Origin: a virus
Taxonomy: Duplodnaviria; Caudoviricetes
Reading direction: 5' to 3' (one strand)
IMG/VR virus record: IMGVR_UViG_3300021091_000001
Coordinates: 32,001-96,000 of that record
DNA: 64,000 nt
The position numbers were made by a program, and so were the translations under genes. Positions within the stretch are counted from its first letter, which is position 1; every line of letters starts with the position of its first letter. Of this stretch, positions 17,502 to 27,021 are shown one piece after another. The notes below the pieces were generated by a model. It did no database searches. It had not been told where the DNA came from and saw only the letters and a list, made by a program, of their open reading frames with translations.

Positions 17502-17528
17502 CACAATTGACCCTACAAGGAACATTTT

Positions 17529-17933
17529 ATGACTAAAGAAAGTACTTTGCCCACCGACTGGAAGAACTGCTATCTTGTTTTTCATGGAGCAGCAGATGAG
17601 AATGGCTATGGCGATTCTCTCTATGCTCGTTCTCTTCAAGGTTTTAACCGCAAGAAAAATGGAAACACAAATGGCCCAGATTTTTATTCCATCCGTTCTT
17701 CTAGCTATGGAATCAAAGTTCCTACCGCAGCAGTAGGTTGGGCTATTGTTCGCATGACCAGTAGCACTGTCAAAACTCTTGTTATAGGTGAGATTCCTCA
17801 GCCCATGACTAAGGTTGTTCAAACTCTTTCTGATGGACGTGCTATTTATATGCGTCGTTCTGAGGCGAACATGTGGTTCACGATTACTGTTGAAAACGTT
17901 CATGCTAAGATTCCTCTTCACGTGGAATCTTAA
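17529..17933 (+). CDS. Hypothetical protein
   Basis: AAGG RBS, 134 aa. Confidence 0.75.
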   Translation: MTKESTLPTDWKNCYLVFHGAADENGYGDSLYARSLQGFNRKKNGNTNGPDFYSIRSSSYGIKVPTAAVGWAIVRMTSSTVKTLVIGEIPQPMTKVVQTLSDGRAIYMRRSEANMWFTITVENVHAKIPLHVES

Positions 17934-17965
17934 TAAGATCTTTGGAGTTAAATGAATGTAGGTTG

Positions 17966-18059
17966 TGGTGAACTTACTCCGTTGTCACCATTCCAAAGAA
18001 GGTAAGTCATATGCCTTCCTTTCGCTCAGCGCCAGCCTGAGTCAAATATGACAGCTGGC
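17966..18059 (+). ncRNA. Candidate multi-pseudoknot structured RNA
   Basis: Three hairpins whose loops each have a perfect 6-7 nt complement downstream. Confidence 0.45.
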
Positions 18060-18094
18060 ATTTAAATTATATTTATCCTATTAAGGAGGATAAT

Positions 18095-18379
18095 ATGTAT
18101 ACACTGGCGCTTGCAGTCTTCCTTGGACTCATCGCTTCGCAAGTTACAGCATTTGCCTTGGTCAATGTTCCCGCATTGGAAAAGGTTCCTGTTTTGCGAA
18201 ATGGTGATAACTGGTTTATTGCGGTTTCCATTCTTGTTGTTTGGCTCACTAACACAAGCATTCTTGGTGCTTATGGTATTGCTTCAAACGCTGAGTGGAT
18301 TGACACTGTTGGTTCTGGTCTTGTTGTTGCAGGACTGGCCAATGTGACAAACGCCCTTGTCAATTCATTTGACAAGTAA
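18095..18379 (+). CDS. Small multi-pass membrane protein (holin-like)
   Basis: AAGGAGG RBS, three hydrophobic helices. Confidence 0.75.
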   Translation: MYTLALAVFLGLIASQVTAFALVNVPALEKVPVLRNGDNWFIAVSILVVWLTNTSILGAYGIASNAEWIDTVGSGLVVAGLANVTNALVNSFDK

Positions 18380-18417
18380 ACCTATTCCAGGGATGCGTCT
18401 GGATTAAAAACGCACAA

Positions 18418-18538
18418 GGAAGCGTATTCAGGAGTTTACAAAGACTCTCATTACACCTTTGGTGCTGTAAAGTTGGTGCTTTTTCACAAATGAGATCAAG
18501 TTTTTGTAAAGTGAGTTCGACTCTCACCGCTTCCACCA
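18418..18538 (+). ncRNA. tRNA-like RNA (121 nt) with encoded CCA and no anticodon arm
   Basis: GGAAGCG/CGCTTCC acceptor, GTGAG-TTCGACT-CTCAC T arm, A-CCA end, 12-bp + 6-bp central helices. Confidence 0.75.
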
Positions 18539-18581
18539 TAGTTTTTATTATTTATATTCATACAAAGGATAAGGGATTAAT

Positions 18582-18833
18582 ATGCATTCAAATCATCACA
18601 CGCAGTTTAGGATTGCCACTAAAGCATATGAACTGATCATACAAGACATCTTTAAAACCGTAGGTTTTATTGGTGGCGGATTTTGTCCTGAGCCTTGCGA
18701 ACATACAACTCTTCAAGATACAGATCCAGAGATGTATATGAAATTGTACAAACTTTGGATTAGTACGCAAACTGTTAATCGCACTGTTAAAGACATTTTG
18801 AACAACAAAGGCGACTTTTATGGAGGAGACTGA
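18582..18833 (+). CDS. Hypothetical protein
   Basis: 83-aa ORF overlapping the next gene. Confidence 0.65.
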   Translation: MHSNHHTQFRIATKAYELIIQDIFKTVGFIGGGFCPEPCEHTTLQDTDPEMYMKLYKLWISTQTVNRTVKDILNNKGDFYGGD

Positions 18834-19116
18834 TTCTTTTGATCAACATATACAGAAATTAGATAAAGAAGGCGAAATGCCAGATGATTGGTGTATTGAT
18901 TGTGATATTAACACTGTTACCGCAGGTGAATATTACATGGTCAATGACCATGTTTGGTCTCAAACTGGCATCGATACATATGGCGGAATGCTCTGCATTT
19001 TGTGTTTGGAAAAACGAATAGGTAGAAATCTTATTTCTGAAGATTTTCTTGATATTCCCATTAATCATATACCATTGTTTCGTTCTAATTTACTTCTTGA
19101 AAGGATGTCATTTTGA
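18820..19116 (+). CDS. Zinc-binding hypothetical protein
   Basis: CIDC...YMVNDHVW...LCILCLEKRIGR. Confidence 0.75.
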   Translation: MEETDSFDQHIQKLDKEGEMPDDWCIDCDINTVTAGEYYMVNDHVWSQTGIDTYGGMLCILCLEKRIGRNLISEDFLDIPINHIPLFRSNLLLERMSF

Positions 19117-19190
19117 ATACAAAATATGTTGAATTTTGTTCCAATCCAGTTGGTGGAAACTAAATAAAAAAAATTACCAAGGCAATAGTA

Positions 19191-19206
19191 TATACAAAAA
19201 GAAGGG
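19191..19206 (+). promoter_or_regulatory. TATACAAAAAGAAGGG motif upstream of polymerase-like gene 2
   Basis: Variant of the 6696/7772 motif, 27 nt before the ATG. Confidence 0.5.
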
Positions 19207-19233
19207 TTTATTCCCGTAGTTCAAAGGAGGACT

Positions 19234-21807
19234 ATGAACTTTAGCACTTACCGTCCGGACGTTCGGCTCAAAGCATTTAAGGATGCTCCGCTTCGTTCCA
19301 AGGATAATTATCAGATTGGCTTTTATGACATTGGCGTTTTGCGTCAACTTATGAACAGCTCTGATGCAAATGAATTTCGTGTAGCAGCATTGCCCATTCC
19401 TCAAAACGTCTTTGACCGTGCGGAACTAGAAAAAATTGTTCGTCACCCTTCTGTGCAGTACGCGCTTGTTGACAAAACGAAGATTGTTCTTTGTTCTATT
19501 AAGGGTTGTAACGGATGGCTTGGTGCAATCAATGAAGCTGGTTTTAAAGTAAAAGGTGGTGGAAAGACAGCGAAGCGATTGAAGTCATTTCACCGCGCTT
19601 CGCTAATTAACGCTCATTACGACCACCTTCGTATTCAATGGGTTGAACCGACAGCTTACACCCGTTATGACTTTGAAAATGGCGATTGGTCCCCTTGGGT
19701 CAAAGAAGCCACTTCTCGTTTGCTTGATGGCGGTTTTGTTATTTCATCCCGTTTGATTCACAAAGCTCTTGCCGACCAGCCACTGTATTATACAAACAAT
19801 GAGACTTTGGATCCTAATGACGTTTATTATGATCCAGAGATTCGCCGTAAGCTTCGTGCTTTTCTTGTTGCTTCAAAGGTTTTCAACGGACGCATTTTCA
19901 CTCCAGAAGGTGTAATCAAGGGCAATTTTATTGTTTCTGATAATCTTCCTGAGTATGTGGACGTTATTACCTCTCGTGAGAATCTCAAGAAAGAAATCGA
20001 ATATCATAATGGCTATCGACTCATTGCAGAGCCTCAAGGTCCCAAGACATCTGTTATTACAGATGACCAAACTGTTATCAATCTTCCTAAGTTGTTTCGC
20101 AAGAGCGACTTGGAATTCTGGCTAAAAGAACAATATGAAATCATGTTTGAAGATGCTAAAAATGATCGTCTTCTACAGGATTGGAAATTTGTTTTTGTTC
20201 GCCAGTTTTCAAAAGCTGATAACTATGGATCAAAGAAGAAGGAACAAACTCCTGCAGATTTGGAAGCCCAGACTCGCGTTAACTACGTAGGTTATCGTTG
20301 GAAGAGCATGGGTCTTTCAATTACTGATTCGCCGTGGTTGTTTAAGACCTTGGCAATTTCTCATGCACGTCCGCTTGAGAATCGTATTCCGATTCCTTGC
20401 AGTGTGTATGAGCAGATTATTCCTGAATCTTTGGCTCGTATGGCAGGGTTTGATATCATTGTCGAAGAGGGTACCATTCGCAGAATCAATTCTGTTGGTA
20501 TTCATGTGGTCAACGATTTCGATTGGCTTGAGATGTACGAGTCGCACGGCGGTCACGATCAGGACGACTTCTTTAAGTTGTTTTATCGTACCATGAAATC
20601 CGGATCCAAAGACGGAAAGAAAGTTGTTATAGTCGCTCGTAGCCCAAATGGTTATGGCGAGTATTCAATATTTGATTACGTTGAAGGTGAATGGTATCCT
20701 AAATGGAAGAAGTCTGATGGAGAAGTTGTAACTTTTCCTGAAGTCAATGGCCGTAACTGGCCAGTACGTCTTTCTGATGCAATTCGCGCACGTAAGGTTC
20801 GTTACGTTGGTCTTCCCAGCGATAACAATCCTTCTCCCAAGCCTTCTGAAGGAGAACAGTACTCTGTTGAAGACTTTATGTCTGATGTTGACACTGCTAT
20901 GAACGGTGGAAACGTTGGTCGTTTTGTTAACTCTTCTATGCTCCATTCTAATTCATTAGCCAAGCATCGCCCAGTTCAGGTTTGTTCTCTCGAGTCAGCC
21001 ATCGATGGTTGCACTCAAACATCAAACCCACTGGATCGCACAGCTATTGATGCAGAAGCAGAAATAATTCTTCAAGAAGTCATTGATTCTGGTGCTAAGG
21101 TTGATCACGACCTTTGGTATGGTCGCTTTGCAAACTTTGCCAAAAAGCATCCTGAAGTCGAGACGTATGAAGGAACTCTTACACATATGAATAATTTGTG
21201 CAAGACTTACTTTAACAAGTATGTTGATCGGGTCACTAAGTATTCTCAAACAGAGATTGCAATTGCTGATCCAATCAACAAACTTGCTAACCGTTTGCGT
21301 TTTCATGCACTTCCTACATTTCGCAGATTCAACATGAGTATTTATAATACCAACTCTGGCGAATTTGCTCAAAGCTCTGGAACTATTTCTCGAGAAGAAT
21401 GGGATTACATTTACGGAAACGTCGTCAAAGACATTGAATCATTTGTACGAATTGAAGATCGTCACGATTTCGTGATTGCTCTTTATGCAGTTTGTATGAC
21501 TGAGAAGAATGGTTCTGGTCGTGTTTCTGATCAGATTATGATGAATCCGGTTATCTATCCATATCTTGAGCGTGCTCTTATTCACTATGGTATTGCTAGC
21601 CGAGTTCTTATGACCTTCAACAATGGCAAATACGCAGCCGAACAAACTAAGTATGATAAGTGGACTCATATTGATCCCGACGGTAGTCAGCACTCGTTTA
21701 CTGATGTGTTTGAATATCAAGATCATCATGCGCAGTTTTCGCCTATCGTATTTACAAACGTTGATTCTGCTGTAAAGCGTGAGCGTAGAACTGAATCACA
21801 ATTTTAG
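19234..21807 (+). CDS. Putative single-subunit two-barrel RNA polymerase, copy 2
   Basis: AKRL, DGGFVIS, GRIFTPEGVIKGN, HGGHDQDD, ARSP; same motif order as the 3696 protein. Confidence 0.65.
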   Translation: MNFSTYRPDVRLKAFKDAPLRSKDNYQIGFYDIGVLRQLMNSSDANEFRVAALPIPQNVFDRAELEKIVRHPSVQYALVDKTKIVLCSIKGCNGWLGAINEAGFKVKGGGKTAKRLKSFHRASLINAHYDHLRIQWVEPTAYTRYDFENGDWSPWVKEATSRLLDGGFVISSRLIHKALADQPLYYTNNETLDPNDVYYDPEIRRKLRAFLVASKVFNGRIFTPEGVIKGNFIVSDNLPEYVDVITSRENLKKEIEYHNGYRLIAEPQGPKTSVITDDQTVINLPKLFRKSDLEFWLKEQYEIMFEDAKNDRLLQDWKFVFVRQFSKADNYGSKKKEQTPADLEAQTRVNYVGYRWKSMGLSITDSPWLFKTLAISHARPLENRIPIPCSVYEQIIPESLARMAGFDIIVEEGTIRRINSVGIHVVNDFDWLEMYESHGGHDQDDFFKLFYRTMKSGSKDGKKVVIVARSPNGYGEYSIFDYVEGEWYPKWKKSDGEVVTFPEVNGRNWPVRLSDAIRARKVRYVGLPSDNNPSPKPSEGEQYSVEDFMSDVDTAMNGGNVGRFVNSSMLHSNSLAKHRPVQVCSLESAIDGCTQTSNPLDRTAIDAEAEIILQEVIDSGAKVDHDLWYGRFANFAKKHPEVETYEGTLTHMNNLCKTYFNKYVDRVTKYSQTEIAIADPINKLANRLRFHALPTFRRFNMSIYNTNSGEFAQSSGTISREEWDYIYGNVVKDIESFVRIEDRHDFVIALYAVCMTEKNGSGRVSDQIMMNPVIYPYLERALIHYGIASRVLMTFNNGKYAAEQTKYDKWTHIDPDGSQHSFTDVFEYQDHHAQFSPIVFTNVDSAVKRERRTESQF

Positions 21808-21818
21808 TTTAAAGACTG

Positions 21819-21868
21819 AGAGTGTCTGGGAAGTGTTTATCTTCCCAGACACTCTGGTTTTTATTTTT
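21819..21868 (+). terminator. Long-stem terminator
   Basis: 15-bp perfect stem 21819-21833/21841-21855 followed by a T-rich tract. Confidence 0.75.
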
Positions 21869-22094
21869 AATAGGAGACCCTTGAATTACACAGAAATTTA
21901 TTGTACCATATATGCTGCAATTAAGACAGATGCTGTTTCTCACGAAAAAGCACACGTTGCATCAATACGCATTACTGATGCTATTGTCGATCTTCATTAT
22001 ACAAAATTGGGTGGTTATGATCTTGACGACAAATCTATTACGGGCGTAAGCCCTCCACTATAACCTTTAAAATTATTAGATTGAGTGATATTTT

Positions 22095-22757
22095 ATGTCA
22101 GAATCAGATGATGAAGTACTTTACAATTTTGTAGATAAGAATCATTTTAACCAAAAAACATCTCCTCTTATTTCTGATGCTTGGGCAGAAGTAGAGAAAT
22201 CTACTAAATTTTTTTCTACTTATATCAAACAAAATGGTTTAAATAGCTTTTTAACAACCGTAGTTGTATTCAACAATAACAAAGAATTTGTTGGCGTTGT
22301 TACATCACGTCCAGTTACTGACAAAGAAGATCTTTATAGAGCTCTTTGTGAGATTCTCTTTTTTCCTGTTGCCATCAGATCTCAACTATTTATAGTTATT
22401 ACCGATATAGTTACACGAGATCCTAATACAGGAGAAAAGAAATCAGATGCTTTGAGCATTTCGTTTATTTCACCCAATTTTTGTTTGATTTATTCTTTGC
22501 CTTATGCAATAAGTGCAAATAACGATGTTGAATATGACTATGAAAACTCATACTTTGTTTCCGTTGTCAAATCAACTAGGTCAAACCAAGTGTCAACATC
22601 TTCGGATATGATAGAACTATTCTACGTATTCTCTCATGTTGATAATTTTGGTCCATTTACATACGATGAAGTTCTAGCTTATTTTGATGACAATAATTTT
22701 ACTTGTGAAATCGTTAATAAAGATAATCTTTATACTAGTTTAACTTCATTGGTTTAA
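22095..22757 (+). CDS. Hypothetical protein
   Basis: 220-aa ORF. Confidence 0.75.
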   Translation: MSESDDEVLYNFVDKNHFNQKTSPLISDAWAEVEKSTKFFSTYIKQNGLNSFLTTVVVFNNNKEFVGVVTSRPVTDKEDLYRALCEILFFPVAIRSQLFIVITDIVTRDPNTGEKKSDALSISFISPNFCLIYSLPYAISANNDVEYDYENSYFVSVVKSTRSNQVSTSSDMIELFYVFSHVDNFGPFTYDEVLAYFDDNNFTCEIVNKDNLYTSLTSLV

Positions 22758-22958
22758 CATAATACTGAGGTAATATATGATTGTACGTTATGAAATATCT
22801 GAAGGTAAAAGTTACAAACCTATTGAGAAAGAGGTTTGTTTTCAAGAATCAAATACTATAGTTTGTGGCAAGCTTATCTTTTATGATCATGATAAAATAG
22901 AAAAAGAGCTTACCGTAGAGCCTTTTTATGGAGATTGTGATTTGTTTGGTTTCTAAAT

Positions 22959-24641
22959 ATGAATGTTAAACTACGCCCATATCAACAAGAGGCATTAGAT
23001 AGTATTGTTTCTAATTCAGACAATGGTATCAACAAACAGCTTGTTGTTTTACCCACCGGTGCAGGCAAAACAGTAATATTTAGTCATTTACCACTTATTA
23101 AACAAGACTTGCTTCCTATGCTTGTTTTGGCTCACAGATCTGAGTTGCTAGATCAGGCTCGTGAAAAGATTCTTATTTCTAATCCTAATCTCTCAGTAGA
23201 AATAGAACAAGCTGAAAGAGAAGCTGGACACGTTGATATTGTTGTTGCTTCTGTTGCTACACTTGGTCGCAACAATACTCCTCGTATTACAAATTATCCT
23301 AGTGAATATTTCAAGTCAATTGTTATTGATGAAGCACATCATGCTGCAGCTCCTACGTACAGACGAATAGTCGATTATTTTAATCCTCCATTTATATTGG
23401 GAGTCACTGCTACTCCTCAGCGTTCAGATTCTACGAGATTAACTGATGTATTTGAAGAGATCGTTTATTACAAAACAATACAGGATCTAATCCAAGACGG
23501 GTGGTTATCTCCACTTGTTGGATATAGAGTAAAAACAAATACCGATATTTCAGAAGTGGAGATTCAAAATGGAGAGTATGTCCAATCTCAGTTGGAAGAC
23601 AAAATTGATAATCCTGAGCGTAACGCTTATATCGTGTCTTCCTATCTTTCTTTGGCTATGGCTAAGAAAGCCCTTGTTTTCGCTGCCGGGGTCAAGCACG
23701 CCGAAAACTTGGCCTTATCCTTTAGGTCCGCGTCGTTAGAGACCGCCGTAATCTTAGGTACAACTCCTCGAGAAGAACGAGAGAAAATCCTAAAGAATTT
23801 TTCTTTGGGTTTGATTAAAGTTATTATTAATGTTGGTGTTCTAACGGAAGGTTTTGATGAGCCTTCTGTCGAAGCAATTATACTTGCAAGACCTACTAGA
23901 TCTTCTCTTCTATATACTCAGATAGTTGGACGAGGTACTCGTTTACATCCAGGAAAAGAACATTGTCTTGTTATAGATATTGCAGACACAACAAAAGGCA
24001 AGAAGCCTATTGGACTTCCAACTCTTTTGGGTTTGCCTCCAGAGTTCGATCTGCAGGGTCAATCTTTAACAGACGTTGCTAAGAAGTTTGAAGAACTTGA
24101 AAATTTTTGTCCTGGTGAAGCAGTAAGAGTTTTAAATCCACAAGACATTGATTTGGCATACACGAGAATTAATTTGTTTATGCCACCACCACCTAATCCA
24201 GTTGTTCAAGAATATTCTAAACTGATTTGGGCAGAGGTAGCAGAAAACGAGTTTTATCTTCGTCTTCATTCATTTGAGTCCCTTAAGATATACTGTGATG
24301 CTCTTGGTCGATGGACTACAGAATTAAAAATGCGTTCTGGTGATGTTTATCATACAAAGATTCTTGGAACTACTGTTAGCATAAGAGAATCTTTTGCTCG
24401 TACAGATAAGTGGATTCAGAATAATAGATCAACAGTATTGAACCTTATAGATTCTAATGCTGCTTGGCGTTCTGATTCTCCAACTGATAAACAGCAAAAG
24501 TTTTTACGACGCATTGGTGTTCCTTTTACTTCAGACATGACTAAGGGGATGGCCAGTCAAATTATTTCTCGCTATTATGAGAACAATCCTAAGCCTAAAT
24601 GGCTTCAAGATAAAATAGATTATTCTAAAAGAAGATATTAA
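22959..24641 (+). CDS. SF2 DEAD/DEAH-box helicase (ResIII/Irc3-like)
   Basis: LRPYQ, PTGAGKT, DEAHH, TATP, EGFD, QIVGRGTR. Confidence 0.95.
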   Translation: MNVKLRPYQQEALDSIVSNSDNGINKQLVVLPTGAGKTVIFSHLPLIKQDLLPMLVLAHRSELLDQAREKILISNPNLSVEIEQAEREAGHVDIVVASVATLGRNNTPRITNYPSEYFKSIVIDEAHHAAAPTYRRIVDYFNPPFILGVTATPQRSDSTRLTDVFEEIVYYKTIQDLIQDGWLSPLVGYRVKTNTDISEVEIQNGEYVQSQLEDKIDNPERNAYIVSSYLSLAMAKKALVFAAGVKHAENLALSFRSASLETAVILGTTPREEREKILKNFSLGLIKVIINVGVLTEGFDEPSVEAIILARPTRSSLLYTQIVGRGTRLHPGKEHCLVIDIADTTKGKKPIGLPTLLGLPPEFDLQGQSLTDVAKKFEELENFCPGEAVRVLNPQDIDLAYTRINLFMPPPPNPVVQEYSKLIWAEVAENEFYLRLHSFESLKIYCDALGRWTTELKMRSGDVYHTKILGTTVSIRESFARTDKWIQNNRSTVLNLIDSNAAWRSDSPTDKQQKFLRRIGVPFTSDMTKGMASQIISRYYENNPKPKWLQDKIDYSKRRY

Positions 24642-24643
24642 CA

Positions 24644-25111
24644 ATGTCTTTTACCGCTCATGAACTTATACCATTTCCTTATGACGCATATTCTTACACT
24701 TTATATGAATGTGTCTCATTAAAAGATAAATCATTTCTTGCTGCAGCTGCCAAGCTTGCACAAACTTCTGATAATAGATTTAAAATGGCTTGTCTAGCTG
24801 TAAGGGGTGGATCTGTTTTAGCTGCAGATATTAATGTTACTAAAAAACATCCTACCACTCCACCCAATAGATTCAGCACTCATGCTGAAATCGGAGCAAT
24901 GACTGCTTGTTCAGATCCTTCTGGATCTACTCTTTATATTGCTCGTCTTAAACTGGATGGTACTACAGCTATAGCAAGACCTTGTTCTTGGTGTATGCAG
25001 CAAATACAAAAGAATGATATATATCGAGTTGTTTACACAACAGATACAGATATTCCAGAATCATTTTATATATCTACCGTAGAATGGAACTATAATGTTC
25101 TTGAAGCTTAA
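24644..25111 (+). CDS. Cytidine/dCMP deaminase-family protein
   Basis: HAE and PCSWC zinc motifs. Confidence 0.9.
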   Translation: MSFTAHELIPFPYDAYSYTLYECVSLKDKSFLAAAAKLAQTSDNRFKMACLAVRGGSVLAADINVTKKHPTTPPNRFSTHAEIGAMTACSDPSGSTLYIARLKLDGTTAIARPCSWCMQQIQKNDIYRVVYTTDTDIPESFYISTVEWNYNVLEA

Positions 25112-26639
25112 ATATATTTTTATTGCTTTTATTTTACTTTTTATTACAATTTCTTTTGCTGCAGCAGATGCAAAAGAGCAACTTTACGATGTTGCTCCAG
25201 CTAAAGGTCCTGTTAAGTTTACTTTTACCCTTGCATCTTCAGATCTTACTACTTCTATGAATCTTCCTTATAATTTAAATTATAAAGGTCAAGATTCATA
25301 TATAGCAATTATTGATACCGGTATTCAAACTAATCATCCGTTTTTCCAGAACAGAGTTGTTTTAGAAGCTTGTTTTGCAACATCTTGCCCCAATGGACAA
25401 ACTCAGATGATTGGACCTGGGGCAGCAAAGCCAGTTCATTATCATGGCACTCATGTTGCTGGCATTGCTGCAGGCTACAGTAATACCGTTCATGGGGTAG
25501 CTCCATTGGCCAATATTATTGCTATCAATATATTTGATTCCACTGGAGCAGCATATGATACTAATATTGTTAAAGCTCTTAACTGGTTATCTTCTATATC
25601 ATCACAATACAATATTGTTTCCGTTAATATGTCAATCGGTGGATTTCAAACTTATTTAACCACTTGTGATGACTATATTCCTGCTATGACACAAGCTATT
25701 CAAGATCTTAGATCTAAGAATATTGCTACTGTCATATCTTCTGGCAACTCGTATGCTCATGGCATGAGTGCACCTGCATGTATTTCTTCTGCCGTTTCTG
25801 TTGCAGCTACATACAAAACACTTCCTGCAAAGATCACCAACTTTTCTAACATTAATCAATACACCACTATTGCAGCTCCTGGATCTTCTATTTACTCATC
25901 TAAGACATCTTCTACATATGGTTCAGCGTCTGGAACATCTATGGCTGCTCCATTTATCGCCGGAGCAATTGCTGTTTACAGATCTAAATTTGGAATTCAA
26001 TCCGTAGATAAAATTGTTTCTGATTTTAGATCTACTTCCAAAAGAGCAACAGACGCTTACACTGGAATATCAATTCCTTATTTAAATTTTGATCATTTGT
26101 TTGGTACTGATCTTTCTACTACTACCACCACTTCTACTACACTTCCTATCACAACTACCACTGTAAATTATTCTTCAACAACTTTACCCATTTCTACTAC
26201 TACATCTTCGTCTTCTACCACAACTACACTTCCTATTACTACTACCCTTCCTTCTACTACAACTACAACAACTTCTACTACTACTACAACAACCTTACCT
26301 CCTACAACAACTACTCTTCCTCCTACCACACCTCTTTTGCGCGTTGTTCCTCCACTTGTCAGTGAAATAAATTCTAATTTTGGCAATATTACTAAAATTT
26401 ACTTTAGAGATCCTAGAGTACATTTTAAGAATATAGCTTATTACAATTTAACCTGTAATGATACTTTGACCTATCAAGTTCCTATGCTTACCTCTCCCCG
26501 ATGGAGAGCTTACAATATTCCTTCTAAATCTATTAGACATTGTTATATGACATCTATGTCTAAAGATGGTGTTTCTACCGCTAAATCAAGTACAGTTTCT
26601 TTGTACTCTGTCAATAAAATTATTACAAGTTCAAGATAA
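25095..26639 (+). CDS. Secreted subtilisin-like S8 protease with Thr-rich linker
   Basis: Signal peptide; IIDTG, HGTHVAG, SGN, GTSMAAP; poly-Thr tract. Confidence 0.92.
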   Translation: MFLKLKYIFIAFILLFITISFAAADAKEQLYDVAPAKGPVKFTFTLASSDLTTSMNLPYNLNYKGQDSYIAIIDTGIQTNHPFFQNRVVLEACFATSCPNGQTQMIGPGAAKPVHYHGTHVAGIAAGYSNTVHGVAPLANIIAINIFDSTGAAYDTNIVKALNWLSSISSQYNIVSVNMSIGGFQTYLTTCDDYIPAMTQAIQDLRSKNIATVISSGNSYAHGMSAPACISSAVSVAATYKTLPAKITNFSNINQYTTIAAPGSSIYSSKTSSTYGSASGTSMAAPFIAGAIAVYRSKFGIQSVDKIVSDFRSTSKRATDAYTGISIPYLNFDHLFGTDLSTTTTTSTTLPITTTTVNYSSTTLPISTTTSSSSTTTTLPITTTLPSTTTTTTSTTTTTTLPPTTTTLPPTTPLLRVVPPLVSEINSNFGNITKIYFRDPRVHFKNIAYYNLTCNDTLTYQVPMLTSPRWRAYNIPSKSIRHCYMTSMSKDGVSTAKSSTVSLYSVNKIITSSR

Positions 26640-26640
26640 C

Positions 26641-26979
26641 ATGACTTTACAATCTACTAAGATTCGTACTTTGCATATACCTTACGATGATTATCCATCT
26701 TATCTATATGACACTTATCCTAAGTTAAAGTCATATATATTTAAAGATGATGCAACTTACATTATGCAAGTATCTTCTTCTTTTTCATATATTCTTTCTT
26801 GTCATGATTTTGCAAATCTAAAAAAACAAAATCTATGTGCGACTAATATCTATAGAGCTTATAACCATCTTGATTATCGAGATATTATTTATGGAGATGT
26901 TCTTGTTATAGGACAAAATTACTCATCTATTGCAGACAATATTCTTGATTCTCTTTCTTACATTCTTGGTACAAAATAG
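26641..26979 (+). CDS. Hypothetical protein
   Basis: ATG immediately after the subtilase stop. Confidence 0.6.
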   Translation: MTLQSTKIRTLHIPYDDYPSYLYDTYPKLKSYIFKDDATYIMQVSSSFSYILSCHDFANLKKQNLCATNIYRAYNHLDYRDIIYGDVLVIGQNYSSIADNILDSLSYILGTK

Positions 26980-27021
26980 TGGGAGGAATATATAAAATGG
27001 AAACAAAAAGGAAACATTAAA

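Noticed and set aside
16905-17921. 338-aa minus-strand ORF
   Set aside because: Overlaps two + strand genes that have RBSs and a recognisable 2OG-Fe(II) motif
18418-18538. tmRNA (ssrA)
   Set aside because: Only 121 nt, no G3:U70 alanine determinant, no tag reading frame or pseudoknot series; kept as a tRNA-like RNA
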